From Spirulina sp. (GTDB lineage: Bacteria > Cyanobacteriota > Cyanobacteriia > Phormidesmidales > Phormidesmidaceae), in the NCBI GenBank assembly GCA_044070495.1, contig JBIPSI010000019.1:1-64000 (forward strand): a stretch of 64,000 nucleotides of DNA, given 5' to 3'. The position numbers and the translations under genes are program-made. The notes under the pieces are model-generated. The model was not told the origin of the DNA. It saw only the letters and a program-made list of their open reading frames with translations, and did no database searches. Below, piece by piece: positions 29,203-38,202 of the stretch (the stretch's first letter is position 1; each line of letters starts with the position of its first letter).

Positions 29203-29508
29203 CCGGAAACATCGGTGAATGTGCTGCCCATAGATTGGCCGATAGATTTACTTATAGAAAAAGTATTGATGTCATGCCTGTAATAACGGAAATTATTGCA
29301 AAATGAGGATCATAATTTAGTAAATTCCCGCTTGCGTGAGTGTGAATTATTATTCTTCTATGGCGTTGGCCATGGGATGTTTAGGGGCGGACTTAAGAGT
29401 TTTCTTAGAAACGGAACGGGTTTAGGATCCTGGGGTCTAGGACAGGTAATCATGGTTGTAATGACGCTGTTGTAACAACCTTGGTTCGCCCTCCAGGAGT
29501 AATGAACG

Positions 29509-30771
29509 ATGACCGATTACGGTGTGGCCCCCGCCACCATCTATAAGTCCACAACTTCGCCGCCGACCCTTCGCATTGCCCTCTATTCCCACGACACCAT
29601 GGGTTTGGGCCACAAGCGGCGCAATTTGCTGATTGCCCAAGCTCTACGCCAAGCCTTGCCCCATTGCTCAGTGCTGCTCATTTCTGGCATGGCCGAAGCC
29701 AGCGATGCGGATCTCCCCGACGGCATTGACTACCTCACCCTGCCCGCTTGGCAAAAGACCGCCGATGGCGAGTATCAGCCCCGCCGATTGGGGCTATCGG
29801 TGGAGGACTTACAGCTGTTGCGGGCTAAAACCATTCGTGCCGCCCTCAAGGCGTTTAATCCCGATGTGTTCATTGTGGATAACGTGCCACGGGGGGCCAT
29901 GCAGGAACTAGATTTGGCCCTAGAACTGTTGCGCCGCCGCCCTACCCGCTGCATTTTGGGCCTGCGCGACATTTTGGATGATCCCCAAACCGTGCGCCGC
30001 CAGTGGCGACAGGCCAAAAACATTCCCGCCATTCGCCGCTATTTTGACGACATTTGGGTCTACGGCGATCCGGCGGTGTATGACCTTGCTGCGGCCTACC
30101 GATTTCCCGCCGATATTGCCGCAAAAATTCGCTATGTCGGCTATTTAGACGCCCAGGTGCGCCTAGATTCGCTATCGTCTGCCCTGCAGATAGCGACCCC
30201 CAAACCGCCCTTTGCCCTGGCCATGGTGGGCGGAGGGCAAGATGGGGTGGATGTAGCCAAAGCCTTTGCCCAGGCGGCGTTTCCCCCCGGTTGGCAAGGC
30301 ATCCTCATTACTGGCCCGCTGATGCCCCAGGCCCATCGCCAAACCCTACACCAAATAGCCAGCCAGCGATCTGATTTAACGGTGCTAGAGTCTCACCCCG
30401 AACCCACCCAACTGCTGGCCCAGGCCAGTGCGGTGGTGGCCATGGGTGGCTATAACACCACCTGCGAAATCCTGGCCTTGGGCACTTCGGCGCTGATTGT
30501 GCCCCGCACCCAACCCCGCCGCGAACAGTGGATTCGTGCCCAACGGCTGCACCAATTGGGACTGGTAGATGTGCTGGAACCAGAACAACTCAACGCCCCT
30601 GCCATCACGACCTGGCTGCATACCGTGGCGAATGATCGACCCTCTCAACGGCCCACCGCCCGCGATTGCCTTGACCTCAATGGCCTGAAGCGAATCCCGC
30701 AATATATCAATCAACTTATGGCGCATTCAGGACAGGATCGGTCGTCCCACTATCCCTTAAAAGCGGTGTAG
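29509..30771 (+). CDS. Predicted glycosyltransferase (GT28-C / COG4671-like)
   Basis: YSHDTMGLGH, LGLRDILD, VGGGQDG, MGGYNT, EQWIRA. Confidence 0.88.
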   Translation: MTDYGVAPATIYKSTTSPPTLRIALYSHDTMGLGHKRRNLLIAQALRQALPHCSVLLISGMAEASDADLPDGIDYLTLPAWQKTADGEYQPRRLGLSVEDLQLLRAKTIRAALKAFNPDVFIVDNVPRGAMQELDLALELLRRRPTRCILGLRDILDDPQTVRRQWRQAKNIPAIRRYFDDIWVYGDPAVYDLAAAYRFPADIAAKIRYVGYLDAQVRLDSLSSALQIATPKPPFALAMVGGGQDGVDVAKAFAQAAFPPGWQGILITGPLMPQAHRQTLHQIASQRSDLTVLESHPEPTQLLAQASAVVAMGGYNTTCEILALGTSALIVPRTQPRREQWIRAQRLHQLGLVDVLEPEQLNAPAITTWLHTVANDRPSQRPTARDCLDLNGLKRIPQYINQLMAHSGQDRSSHYPLKAV

Positions 30772-30795
30772 GGAAAGGCGAAATGGGTTGAGAAC

Positions 30796-31038
30796 CTACC
30801 GATTGTAGAGGTAATTTGTAATCTCTTCTTCGGCTTTGATAGTGGGCAAAAACAACTGGTATTCCCAACCTTCCCCGGCAGGTCGTTCTCGTTTAGTAAT
30901 GTAGTCCTGCCTTGGCCCACCTTTGCCATCGGCCCCGGAATAACGCTCTACGGCATGGAACACAAACACTCTGGCGTAGACGTAGCCCAGCAAATACGCG
31001 CCTAACAAACCTAATCCTGCCGCCTTAGCCCACCGCAT
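30796..31038 (-). CDS. Small hypothetical membrane protein
   Basis: 80-aa ORF with an N-terminal hydrophobic helix, filling the gap between two GT genes; GTG/ATG start preceded by purine-rich sequence. Confidence 0.55.
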   Translation of the reverse strand: MRWAKAAGLGLLGAYLLGYVYARVFVFHAVERYSGADGKGGPRQDYITKRERPAGEGWEYQLFLPTIKAEEEITNYLYNR

Positions 31039-31229
31039 TTCTACGATTCCTGAATGATGTTTTGTCTAGTCTAAAGAACTCAACGCAACTTGTGTCTAAC
31101 CCAAACCCAGCAGCCTAAAAATCAGGATGAAACAGCTCTTTTGTTGACCTCTGTGGGCGGTAAGGTTCTCGTTTTTACGGGGAATCTCTGCCTTGGGCGG
31201 GGGCACCCCACCCCTACAAGCCACCCTTC

Positions 31230-31354
31230 CCCCCTCACACCTTCTCACTTTCACACCCTCACACCTTCTCACCTTCACCCCCTCGCACCTTCTCACCTTC
31301 ACCCCCTCACACCTTCTCACTTTCACCCCCTCGCACCTTCACCCCTTCACCCCC
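31230..31354 (+). repeat. 24-bp tandem repeat (about 4-5 copies, built from 8-mers)
   Basis: CCCTC(A/G)CACCTTCTCAC(T/C)TTCAC(A/C) iterated just before the GT4 start. Confidence 0.85.
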
Positions 31355-31362
31355 CTACTCCC

Positions 31363-32685
31363 ATGCCCATCGCCTACATCCTCAAACGCTATCCCCGCTA
31401 TTCCGAAACCTTTGTGGTGTCAGAAATTTTGGCCCACGAGGCGACGGGGTTGGATATCCGAATTTTTGCCCTGCGTCCGCCTATGGATACCCATTTTCAG
31501 GACATCATTAGTCGGGTGAAGGCTCCGGTGCGGTATCTGCCATCGGGGGAGGGTCGCCGCACGGACTTTTGGCAAGCCCTTCAGACGGCGGCAGAAGTTC
31601 TCCCGCAATTTTGGTCGCGGTTGGCGATGGCAGATGGTGAGCCTGCCCAAGAGGTATACCAGGCGGCACTATTGGCCTGTGAGGCCGTGGCCCAGGGGAT
31701 TACCCATTTCCACGCCCACTTTGGCACCTCGGCAACGACGGTAGCCCGCTTGGCCAGCCATTTTACGGATATTCCCTACACCTTTACCGCCCACGCCAAG
31801 GACATTTTCCACGAAACCGTGCAGCCCGACGACCTGCGCCGCAAGCTCAACGATGCCGCAGCGGTGGTGACGGTGAGCGACTACAACGTGCAGTATTTGC
31901 GCCAGCAGTATGGCGAATCGGCGGCCTCGGTGCAGCGCATTTACAACGGCCTAGATTTGGAGCAGTTTGCCTATGCAGAGCCGCGCCAGCGTCCGCCCCA
32001 CATCCTCGCCGTGGGACGATTGGTGGAGAAAAAGGGCTTTGGGGATTTGATTAAAGCCTGTGGATTACTGGCACAGCGCCAGGTCGATTTTCGCTGCGAC
32101 ATTGTGGGCACCGGGGAACTGGCCGCCGACCTCCAGGCCCAGATTGAGGCGGCGAATCTTCAGCCCTGGGTGTCGCTGATTGGCCCCCAGCCCCAGGCGG
32201 AGATTAAGCGCTGGGTGCAGTCTGCCGCCGTGTTTGCCGCCCCCTGCGTGGTGGGCACCGATGGCAACCGCGACGGCCTACCCACCGTGCTGCTAGAGGC
32301 GATGGCCCTTGGTACACCCTGCGTTTCCACCGATGTGACGGGTATTCCTGAAGTGTTGCAGCACGAAGTTACAGGGCTTCAGGTTCCCCAGCGAGATCCC
32401 GTCGCCCTCGCCCTCGCCCTAGAACGGCTGCTGCGGGATGCCCACTTGCGGGTTGCTCTCGCCACCCATGCCCGTCAGCGGATTGAGACCAATTTCAACA
32501 TTCACACCAATGCCGCCCACTTGCGACGGGTGTTTCGCCAGGTTGGCGGAAGGATGCCCCGTGCAGAGTCGCGCCCTGATTTGCAGGCGGATTCCCTCGA
32601 CAGTGCCCCGTCCAATGCCTCATCCCACTTGCAGGGAAGCGCTACGTCTACCGAACCGAACCCCACCCTCCAGGAGGTGCGCTAA
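31363..32685 (+). CDS. Glycosyltransferase family 4 (WcaL-like); likely start 31363
   Basis: KRYPRYSETF, HAHFG, FTAHAKD, GRLVEKKG, DGLPTVLLEAMA. Confidence 0.92.
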   Translation: MPIAYILKRYPRYSETFVVSEILAHEATGLDIRIFALRPPMDTHFQDIISRVKAPVRYLPSGEGRRTDFWQALQTAAEVLPQFWSRLAMADGEPAQEVYQAALLACEAVAQGITHFHAHFGTSATTVARLASHFTDIPYTFTAHAKDIFHETVQPDDLRRKLNDAAAVVTVSDYNVQYLRQQYGESAASVQRIYNGLDLEQFAYAEPRQRPPHILAVGRLVEKKGFGDLIKACGLLAQRQVDFRCDIVGTGELAADLQAQIEAANLQPWVSLIGPQPQAEIKRWVQSAAVFAAPCVVGTDGNRDGLPTVLLEAMALGTPCVSTDVTGIPEVLQHEVTGLQVPQRDPVALALALERLLRDAHLRVALATHARQRIETNFNIHTNAAHLRRVFRQVGGRMPRAESRPDLQADSLDSAPSNASSHLQGSATSTEPNPTLQEVR

Positions 32686-34079
32686 TGCAGATTGCCTACG
32701 TTTGTGCCGACTATGGCGTGCCCGTCTTTGGCCGCAAGGGTTGCTCCATCCATGTGCAAGAGGTGATTCGCGCCCTGCTTCAACAAGGCCATCACGTCAC
32801 CCTAATCGCTGCCCGTCTGGGGGGAGATCCGCCCGCCGATTTAGCCCAGGTGCCCGTCCATCGGCTCCCCGCCATCCCCAAGCAAGACCGCGCCCAGCGA
32901 GAACAGGCCGAACTCGCCATCAACCTCAACCTACGCTTTTCCTTGGAAACCGCTGGCCCCTTCGACCTGGTGTATGAGCGCTATTCCCTCTGGAGCTTTG
33001 CGGCGATGGAATACGGGCGAGATCAGGCCATCCCCGCCGTCCTAGAAGTGAACGCCCCGCTGATTGAGGAGCAGGCCCGCTATCGCCAGTTGGTATATCC
33101 CCAAAAGGCCCAGTGGGTGGCCCGACGGGCGTTTTCTGCCGCTGATGCTTTGGTGGCCGTATCCCAAGGCGTGGCCGATTATTTGGCGACCTTTCCTGAA
33201 ACGGAAAACTGTGTGTACGTCATCCCCAACGGCGTCAATGTAGCGCGATTTACCGACCGTTTCCCACGTCCCCACCACCCCGCGTCCCCACCACCCCACA
33301 TTCCCCCCTTCACCGTGGGCTTTGTGGGCACGATGAAAACCTGGCACGGCTTGCCAACCCTGATGGCGGCGTTTCGCAAATTGCATGATGCCTGTCCCCA
33401 GGCGCGGCTGCTGATGGTGGGCGATGGCCCCGCCCGATTAGACTGCGCCGCCGAGATGGAGCAGCATGGACTAGGGGCAGCCGTTCAGTGGACAGGAGCC
33501 GTAGAACCGGAGCAAATCCCCCAATGGCTGGCCCAGATGGATGTGGCCGTGGCCCCCTATCCGCCCCTGGAACAGTTCTACTTTTCGCCCCTCAAGGTGT
33601 ACGAATACATGGCCGCTGGGCTGCCCGTCATCGCCAGCGATATTGGCCAACTGCGTCAGGTGATCACCCCCGGAGAAACCGGACTGCTAGTGCCGCCAGG
33701 AGATGAGGAAGCCCTGGTTCAGGCGCTTTTGCAGTTGCACCGAAACCCGACCTTGCGCCAACAATTGGGACAACAAGCCCAGCGCCAAATCGCCACCCAT
33801 CACACCTGGTTGCAGGTGGTAGACCGCATTTTGAACGTAGCTGGCCCTCACCCCCAGCCCCTCTCCCAAGAAGGAGAGGGGAGCCGGAAGGAGATTTCGT
33901 CTGATGTGAGGTTCGTGGATGGCGAAGTCTCCGCTTGCCCTCACCCCCAGCCCCTCTCCCAGGAGGGAGAGGGGAGCCAGCAAGGGATTGTTTCTGGCTC
34001 TAAGCGCTCTCTTCCAGAAAAAGTCCAACCCCAAGAGAATCCCTCAAAGTCCCTCTCCCACCTTGGGAGAGGGATTTAG
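32685..34079 (+). CDS. Glycosyltransferase family 4 with repeat-derived C-terminal extension
   Basis: YERYSLW, EVNAPL, FVGTMKTWHG, FSPLKVYEYMAAG; start overlaps the upstream stop (TAATG). Confidence 0.92.
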   Translation: MQIAYVCADYGVPVFGRKGCSIHVQEVIRALLQQGHHVTLIAARLGGDPPADLAQVPVHRLPAIPKQDRAQREQAELAINLNLRFSLETAGPFDLVYERYSLWSFAAMEYGRDQAIPAVLEVNAPLIEEQARYRQLVYPQKAQWVARRAFSAADALVAVSQGVADYLATFPETENCVYVIPNGVNVARFTDRFPRPHHPASPPPHIPPFTVGFVGTMKTWHGLPTLMAAFRKLHDACPQARLLMVGDGPARLDCAAEMEQHGLGAAVQWTGAVEPEQIPQWLAQMDVAVAPYPPLEQFYFSPLKVYEYMAAGLPVIASDIGQLRQVITPGETGLLVPPGDEEALVQALLQLHRNPTLRQQLGQQAQRQIATHHTWLQVVDRILNVAGPHPQPLSQEGEGSRKEISSDVRFVDGEVSACPHPQPLSQEGEGSQQGIVSGSKRSLPEKVQPQENPSKSLSHLGRGI

Positions 34080-34131
34080 GGTGAGGGCCAACCCCATCCG
34101 CCAAGCAACCTACCCCCCACTCATCAACCCT

Positions 34132-35979
34132 ATGTCCCGACCCACTCACTTAAAAGACATGGTGCCCAGCCTAGCCGACATGGTGCGGCGGTTTTGGCCC
34201 TACATTCGTCAAGAGCGCAGCCTGGTAACGATGGCCCTGGTGGCCTTGGTGGCCCAGGTGGCGCTGCGGCTGCTGGAACCTTGGCCCATGAAGGTGATTT
34301 TCGACCATGTGATCCCTGTGGGCGGCGCGGCCCCGTCGTCCCAGGGGATTGCAACGCCCTGGGGAGAGCTTTCGACCACCGGGCTGCTGTGGGGTTCGGC
34401 GGCGGCGATGGTGGCCATTGTGGCGGTGCGGGCCATGGCGGAATACTTTAGTACCGTGGGTTTTGCCCTGGCCGGAAGCCGCGTACTAACTCAGGTGCGG
34501 GACGACTTGTATTGCCATTTGCAGCGGTTGTCTCTGCGGTTCCACAACCAGGCCCGCAGCGGCGAACTCACCCTGCGCGTAATCAGCGATGTGGGGATGC
34601 TCAAGGAAGTGGTGGTCACCGCCCTGCTGCCGATGCTGGGCAACACCCTGATTTTGCTGGGCATGGTGGGGCTGATGCTGTGGCTGCATTTGGAACTCAC
34701 CCTGCTAGCCCTGGCGACGATTCCCCTGTTTTCCTTGACGACGGTACGCATGAGCCACCGGATTCGGGAGGTTTCGCGGCAACAGCGGAGGCGGGAGGGT
34801 TCCATGGCCTCGGCGGCAGCGGAATCCATGGCGGCGATTAAGGTGGTGAAGGCGCTATCCTTAGAACCTGCCTTTGCCCAGGTGTTCACCCAGCAAAGTA
34901 AAAAGACCCTCAAGGATGGCGTCAAGGCCAAACGGCTGGCGGCCAAACTGGAGCGCTCCGTAGACCTGATCATCGCCCTCGCCACCGCCCTAGTGCTCGG
35001 TCGGGGGGCGCACCTCGTCACCCACGGAGCCCTGACCCCAGGGGATTTGCTGGTGTTCTTGGCCTACCTCAAAAACGCCTTTCGGCCCGTGCGCGACTTC
35101 GCCAAATACACCGCCCGCTTGGCCAAGGCCTCCGCCGCCGGGGAACGCATTTTGAACCTGCTGGACGAAACCCCCGACATTGTGGATGCCCCCCACGCCG
35201 TCGCCGCGTCCCCCTTCCAAGGGCAGATCGAACTCCGCCACGTCTCCTTTGCCTACGAACCCGGACAGCCGATTCTCAACAACATTTCCCTCCAGGTCGC
35301 CCCAGGGCAACAGGTCGCCATCGTGGGGCCATCGGGCAGTGGCAAATCCACCCTGGCCAGCCTCATCTTGCGCCTCTACGACCCCAACCAAGGCCAAATC
35401 TGCATCGACGGCACCGACATCCGCGACTACACCCAAGACTCCCTCCGCGCCCAAATTAGCGTGGTGCTGCAAGATAGCCTGCTGTTCGCCGCCACCATCG
35501 CCGAAAACATCGCCTACGGCAACCCCCAGGCCACCGCCGCCGAAATTCGCCACGCCGCCCAACTGGCCAACGCCCACGAATTCATCGAACGCCTGCCCCA
35601 GGGCTACGAAACCCCCGTCGGAGAACGCGGCGTCACCCTCTCCGGCGGCCAACGCCAACGCCTCGCCATCGCCCGCGCCGCCGTACGCCAGTCCCCCATT
35701 CTGCTCCTGGATGAACCCACCACCGGACTCGACAAAGACAACGAACGCACCGTCATTGAAGCCCTGCAACGGGTGAGCCAAGCCAGCACCACCCTCACCA
35801 TCACCCACGACCTCACCCTCGCCGCCCAGGCCGACCACATCATCTACATGGAACGCGGCACCATCCTGGAACAGGGCACCCACACCGACCTCCTCCACCG
35901 CCAAGGCCCCTACGCCACCCTCTACCGCCTCCAACTCGCCCAGGGTGGAGAAACTTCCCTGCTGCTGCCGAGTGCGTAA
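34132..35979 (+). CDS. ABC exporter, fused permease/ATP-binding (MsbA-like); likely start 34132
   Basis: TM domain, GPSGSGKST, LSGGQRQR, LLLDEPT. Confidence 0.95.
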   Translation: MSRPTHLKDMVPSLADMVRRFWPYIRQERSLVTMALVALVAQVALRLLEPWPMKVIFDHVIPVGGAAPSSQGIATPWGELSTTGLLWGSAAAMVAIVAVRAMAEYFSTVGFALAGSRVLTQVRDDLYCHLQRLSLRFHNQARSGELTLRVISDVGMLKEVVVTALLPMLGNTLILLGMVGLMLWLHLELTLLALATIPLFSLTTVRMSHRIREVSRQQRRREGSMASAAAESMAAIKVVKALSLEPAFAQVFTQQSKKTLKDGVKAKRLAAKLERSVDLIIALATALVLGRGAHLVTHGALTPGDLLVFLAYLKNAFRPVRDFAKYTARLAKASAAGERILNLLDETPDIVDAPHAVAASPFQGQIELRHVSFAYEPGQPILNNISLQVAPGQQVAIVGPSGSGKSTLASLILRLYDPNQGQICIDGTDIRDYTQDSLRAQISVVLQDSLLFAATIAENIAYGNPQATAAEIRHAAQLANAHEFIERLPQGYETPVGERGVTLSGGQRQRLAIARAAVRQSPILLLDEPTTGLDKDNERTVIEALQRVSQASTTLTITHDLTLAAQADHIIYMERGTILEQGTHTDLLHRQGPYATLYRLQLAQGGETSLLLPSA

Positions 35980-36026
35980 ATGGGCAAAACAAAACGCTAT
36001 CCGTTCAGCAACAGTAGAATGGATTA

Positions 36027-36123
36027 GTAGGGTGGGCACTGCCCACCATCAAATTTAAGCTGCCTCGGTTGACCCGATTTTTCTTAGTTTGTCGAGTTAC
36101 ATTGAGCGATTTTGCGTTCTTCT
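36027..36123. repeat. Truncated copy of the 133-bp REP doublet (left REP plus spacer)
   Basis: GTAGGGTGGGCACTGCCCACCATCAAATTTAAGCTG... aligns with 39025-39157 and 40061-40193. Confidence 0.85.
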
Positions 36124-36183
36124 GAATTTCAACTGATAGTTTTCTAACTTGTCAAGGAGGAAATTATTCGATGGATTCCCTAG
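36124..36183 (+). pseudogene. xisH: 3' remnant of xisH
   Basis: EFQLIVF*LVKEEIIRWIP* resembles the XisH C-terminus and overlaps the xisI start; contains an internal stop. Confidence 0.7.
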
Positions 36184-36506
36184 ATCAGTGGCGCACGATT
36201 TTAGAAGCAACACTGCAAACCTACGCAGAGCTGCCCTATACCCTGGGCGATGTATCAACCTATGTTGTCGTCAGTCGTGATAGCAATCACTTTTTTCTGA
36301 TGCATGAGGGTTGGCAAGGAAATCGGAGAATCCATGGAATCGTTGTCCATGCTGAAATTCGCGATAAAAAAATCTGGATTCACTACGATGGCATTGAGGG
36401 CAGCATCACTGAAGAACTCGTTGCAGCAGGCATTGCTAAAGAAAACATCGTGCTAGCCTTTCATCCACCCTATATTCGAGAGCATACAGGTTATGCCGTC
36501 GCCTAA
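36171..36506 (+). CDS. xisI: XisI family protein
   Basis: GW...RIHG, KIWIHYDGIE, ELVAAGI...IVLAFHPP...TGYAVA. Confidence 0.93.
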   Translation: MDSLDQWRTILEATLQTYAELPYTLGDVSTYVVVSRDSNHFFLMHEGWQGNRRIHGIVVHAEIRDKKIWIHYDGIEGSITEELVAAGIAKENIVLAFHPPYIREHTGYAVA

Positions 36507-36518
36507 AGAAGATAATTG

Positions 36519-36611
36519 CTACCGTGGTTGAAGCCAATGGTGGTGATCCTGAGTAAGGCGGGCATCCTGCTGCACCCACCAAACCCAGATGTGGGTATCG
36601 AGCACAATCAT
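36519..36611 (-). pseudogene. 5' fragment of a PIN/VapC toxin gene
   Basis: MIVLDTHIWVWWVQQDARLTQDHHHWLQPR*; ATGA overlap with the upstream antitoxin-like gene. Confidence 0.8.
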
Positions 36612-36850
36612 TGCAAAGCATCCCAGTCTTCTAGGGGAATCGCAGGAGCGAAAGGATCGTCATAGCGGTAAGGCTGTTGGCCTGAAGCAAGCGCTGTATC
36701 TAAATCGGGCGTAGGCGCTGGGGTCGTTGCTAGGAGTCGTTGCCCCTGGGGGTACTTTGTCTTGAGAAAGCAGAGAAAGTCCAATACCTCAGTAATCAGA
36801 GGATCAGACACATTATCGAGTTCTTGAATCAGCAGGTCTTTGGGTGTCAT
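36608..36850 (-). CDS. DUF2281-like putative antitoxin
   Basis: EVLDFLCFLKTK and DDPFAP..EDW motifs; GGAGGGA RBS. Confidence 0.75.
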   Translation of the reverse strand: MTPKDLLIQELDNVSDPLITEVLDFLCFLKTKYPQGQRLLATTPAPTPDLDTALASGQQPYRYDDPFAPAIPLEDWDALQ

Positions 36851-36885
36851 GGCATCCCTCCCTCAAAACCAAAATCTCATTACCG

Positions 36886-37134
36886 TTACTCCACCATGAC
36901 ATACCGAGTTAGCACCCGCATGATTTCGTGACTGCGCTCGGTGGGTTGGGGGATGCTCCATTCGCGGACTTCGGCAAAGCCGAGGCGATAGAGTTCGTGG
37001 ATGATGCGTTCTACACCGTGGGCGCTGCCGATCACCAAAATGCGAATCACCTCTCGCCCTGGGGCGTTGGCGGGTGCAAGGGTGACTTGCAAGGCTGGGT
37101 CAGCCAAGGTTGACGGGATAAAGGCTTGCGGCAT
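36886..37134 (-). CDS. Uncharacterised small cyanobacterial protein
   Basis: AAGGAG RBS; REVIRILVIGS..GV...IHELYRLGFAEVREWS. Confidence 0.75.
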   Translation of the reverse strand: MPQAFIPSTLADPALQVTLAPANAPGREVIRILVIGSAHGVERIIHELYRLGFAEVREWSIPQPTERSHEIMRVLTRYVMVE

Positions 37135-37146
37135 GGAAGGCTCCTT

Positions 37147-37205
37147 TGTTGCTTAATGGATCACAACATAGCACCAATTTCAGAATTGTGATCCACTAAG
37201 CAACA
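37147..37205. promoter_or_regulatory. 20-bp inverted repeat (19/20 match, 19-bp spacer) between divergent genes; putative operator
   Basis: TGTTGCTTAATGGATCACAA (37147-37166) / TTGTGATCCACTAAGCAACA (37186-37205). Confidence 0.65.
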
Positions 37206-37240
37206 TTTACGTTCTCGTGACTCTCTGCCAAAGTTGGAGC

Positions 37241-37489
37241 ATGGGTAGAGCAAGCCACGCACTAAAACAGGTGTTAGACACCTACGGCATTAGCCAAAAC
37301 CAGCTTGCCGGAGCTATGGGTGTAGAGCGGGGTAGCGTTTCCCGTTGGTACCACGACAAACGCGATCCGACGGCAGAGACAGTGGTGGAGATTGTGGAGG
37401 CCCTAAAAGCACTTAATTTTCATGCTGCTGAGGAGTTTGTAACTTTGTATTTAAGCAATATACTGACGAAAGATCAGCATTTAATTTAA
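37241..37489 (+). CDS. XRE-family helix-turn-helix regulator
   Basis: LKQVLDTYGISQNQLAGAMGVERGSVSRWY...DP. Confidence 0.88.
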   Translation: MGRASHALKQVLDTYGISQNQLAGAMGVERGSVSRWYHDKRDPTAETVVEIVEALKALNFHAAEEFVTLYLSNILTKDQHLI

Positions 37490-37593
37490 TTGACATTCTT
37501 TCAGGATGCTAGCATAGCTCATCGTTAAATTCGTCATCCATCATGATGCAGAATTCAAAAAACACACCAATAATTTCATAAAAGATATTAAGA

Positions 37594-38193
37594 ATGGACT
37601 GTATTACAATATTTATTGCTCAGGCATCATCGCCGCCGCCAATACCGATAACGAACAGTGGCCAACAAGCACTTGGACTAGACTGGCAAACTATTATCAT
37701 CGCTGTTTTGACGGGTACTTCAGCAGGCCTTCTATCTGCACTACTAACCCCTTGGTCTCAACTAGCTATTGACATAAAAAAGGATGAACGCAAAAGCATA
37801 CGTATTACTGTTGAGCATCTACAAGATTTGATTGACACTCAAATTGAAATACGTTATTTAATGGAGGCTATGTGCTTTCAGGAATTTATCCTGCGCCTAA
37901 ATTCATCTATTAAACGTGAGCTATTCAGACTTATAGATGAGTATGAAGAACAATTAAAAAATCTTCTAGATGCAGAAACTGAAGTGAGGCGTAAGGCAAA
38001 ACAGGATCTAGAAGACGAGAAGAATTTTATTGAGAAAGAAACTCATTTGCCAGTAGACGATTCTGCTCAACGTGGCTTACTCTCTGAGCGTGTAAGCGAT
38101 ATTATTTTTGAAAAAAAACAAGAGTTAGCAAAACCTCTTCGTGTTTTCCTAGCCAAGCAAATAGCTATACTTAAGAAAAAATGGAGCTTGTGA
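37594..38193 (+). CDS. AT-rich hypothetical protein, one N-terminal TM helix + helical domain
   Basis: 199-aa ORF; hydrophobic WQTIIIAVLTGTSAGLLSALL. Confidence 0.7.
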   Translation: MDCITIFIAQASSPPPIPITNSGQQALGLDWQTIIIAVLTGTSAGLLSALLTPWSQLAIDIKKDERKSIRITVEHLQDLIDTQIEIRYLMEAMCFQEFILRLNSSIKRELFRLIDEYEEQLKNLLDAETEVRRKAKQDLEDEKNFIEKETHLPVDDSAQRGLLSERVSDIIFEKKQELAKPLRVFLAKQIAILKKKWSL

Positions 38194-38202
38194 CGACAAA
38201 CT

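Noticed and set aside
34990..36039. 349-aa antisense ORF (and similar shadow ORFs over uvrB, guaA and the 62856 gene)
   Set aside because: These are shadow frames caused by codon bias in well-supported genes on the other strand or frame.
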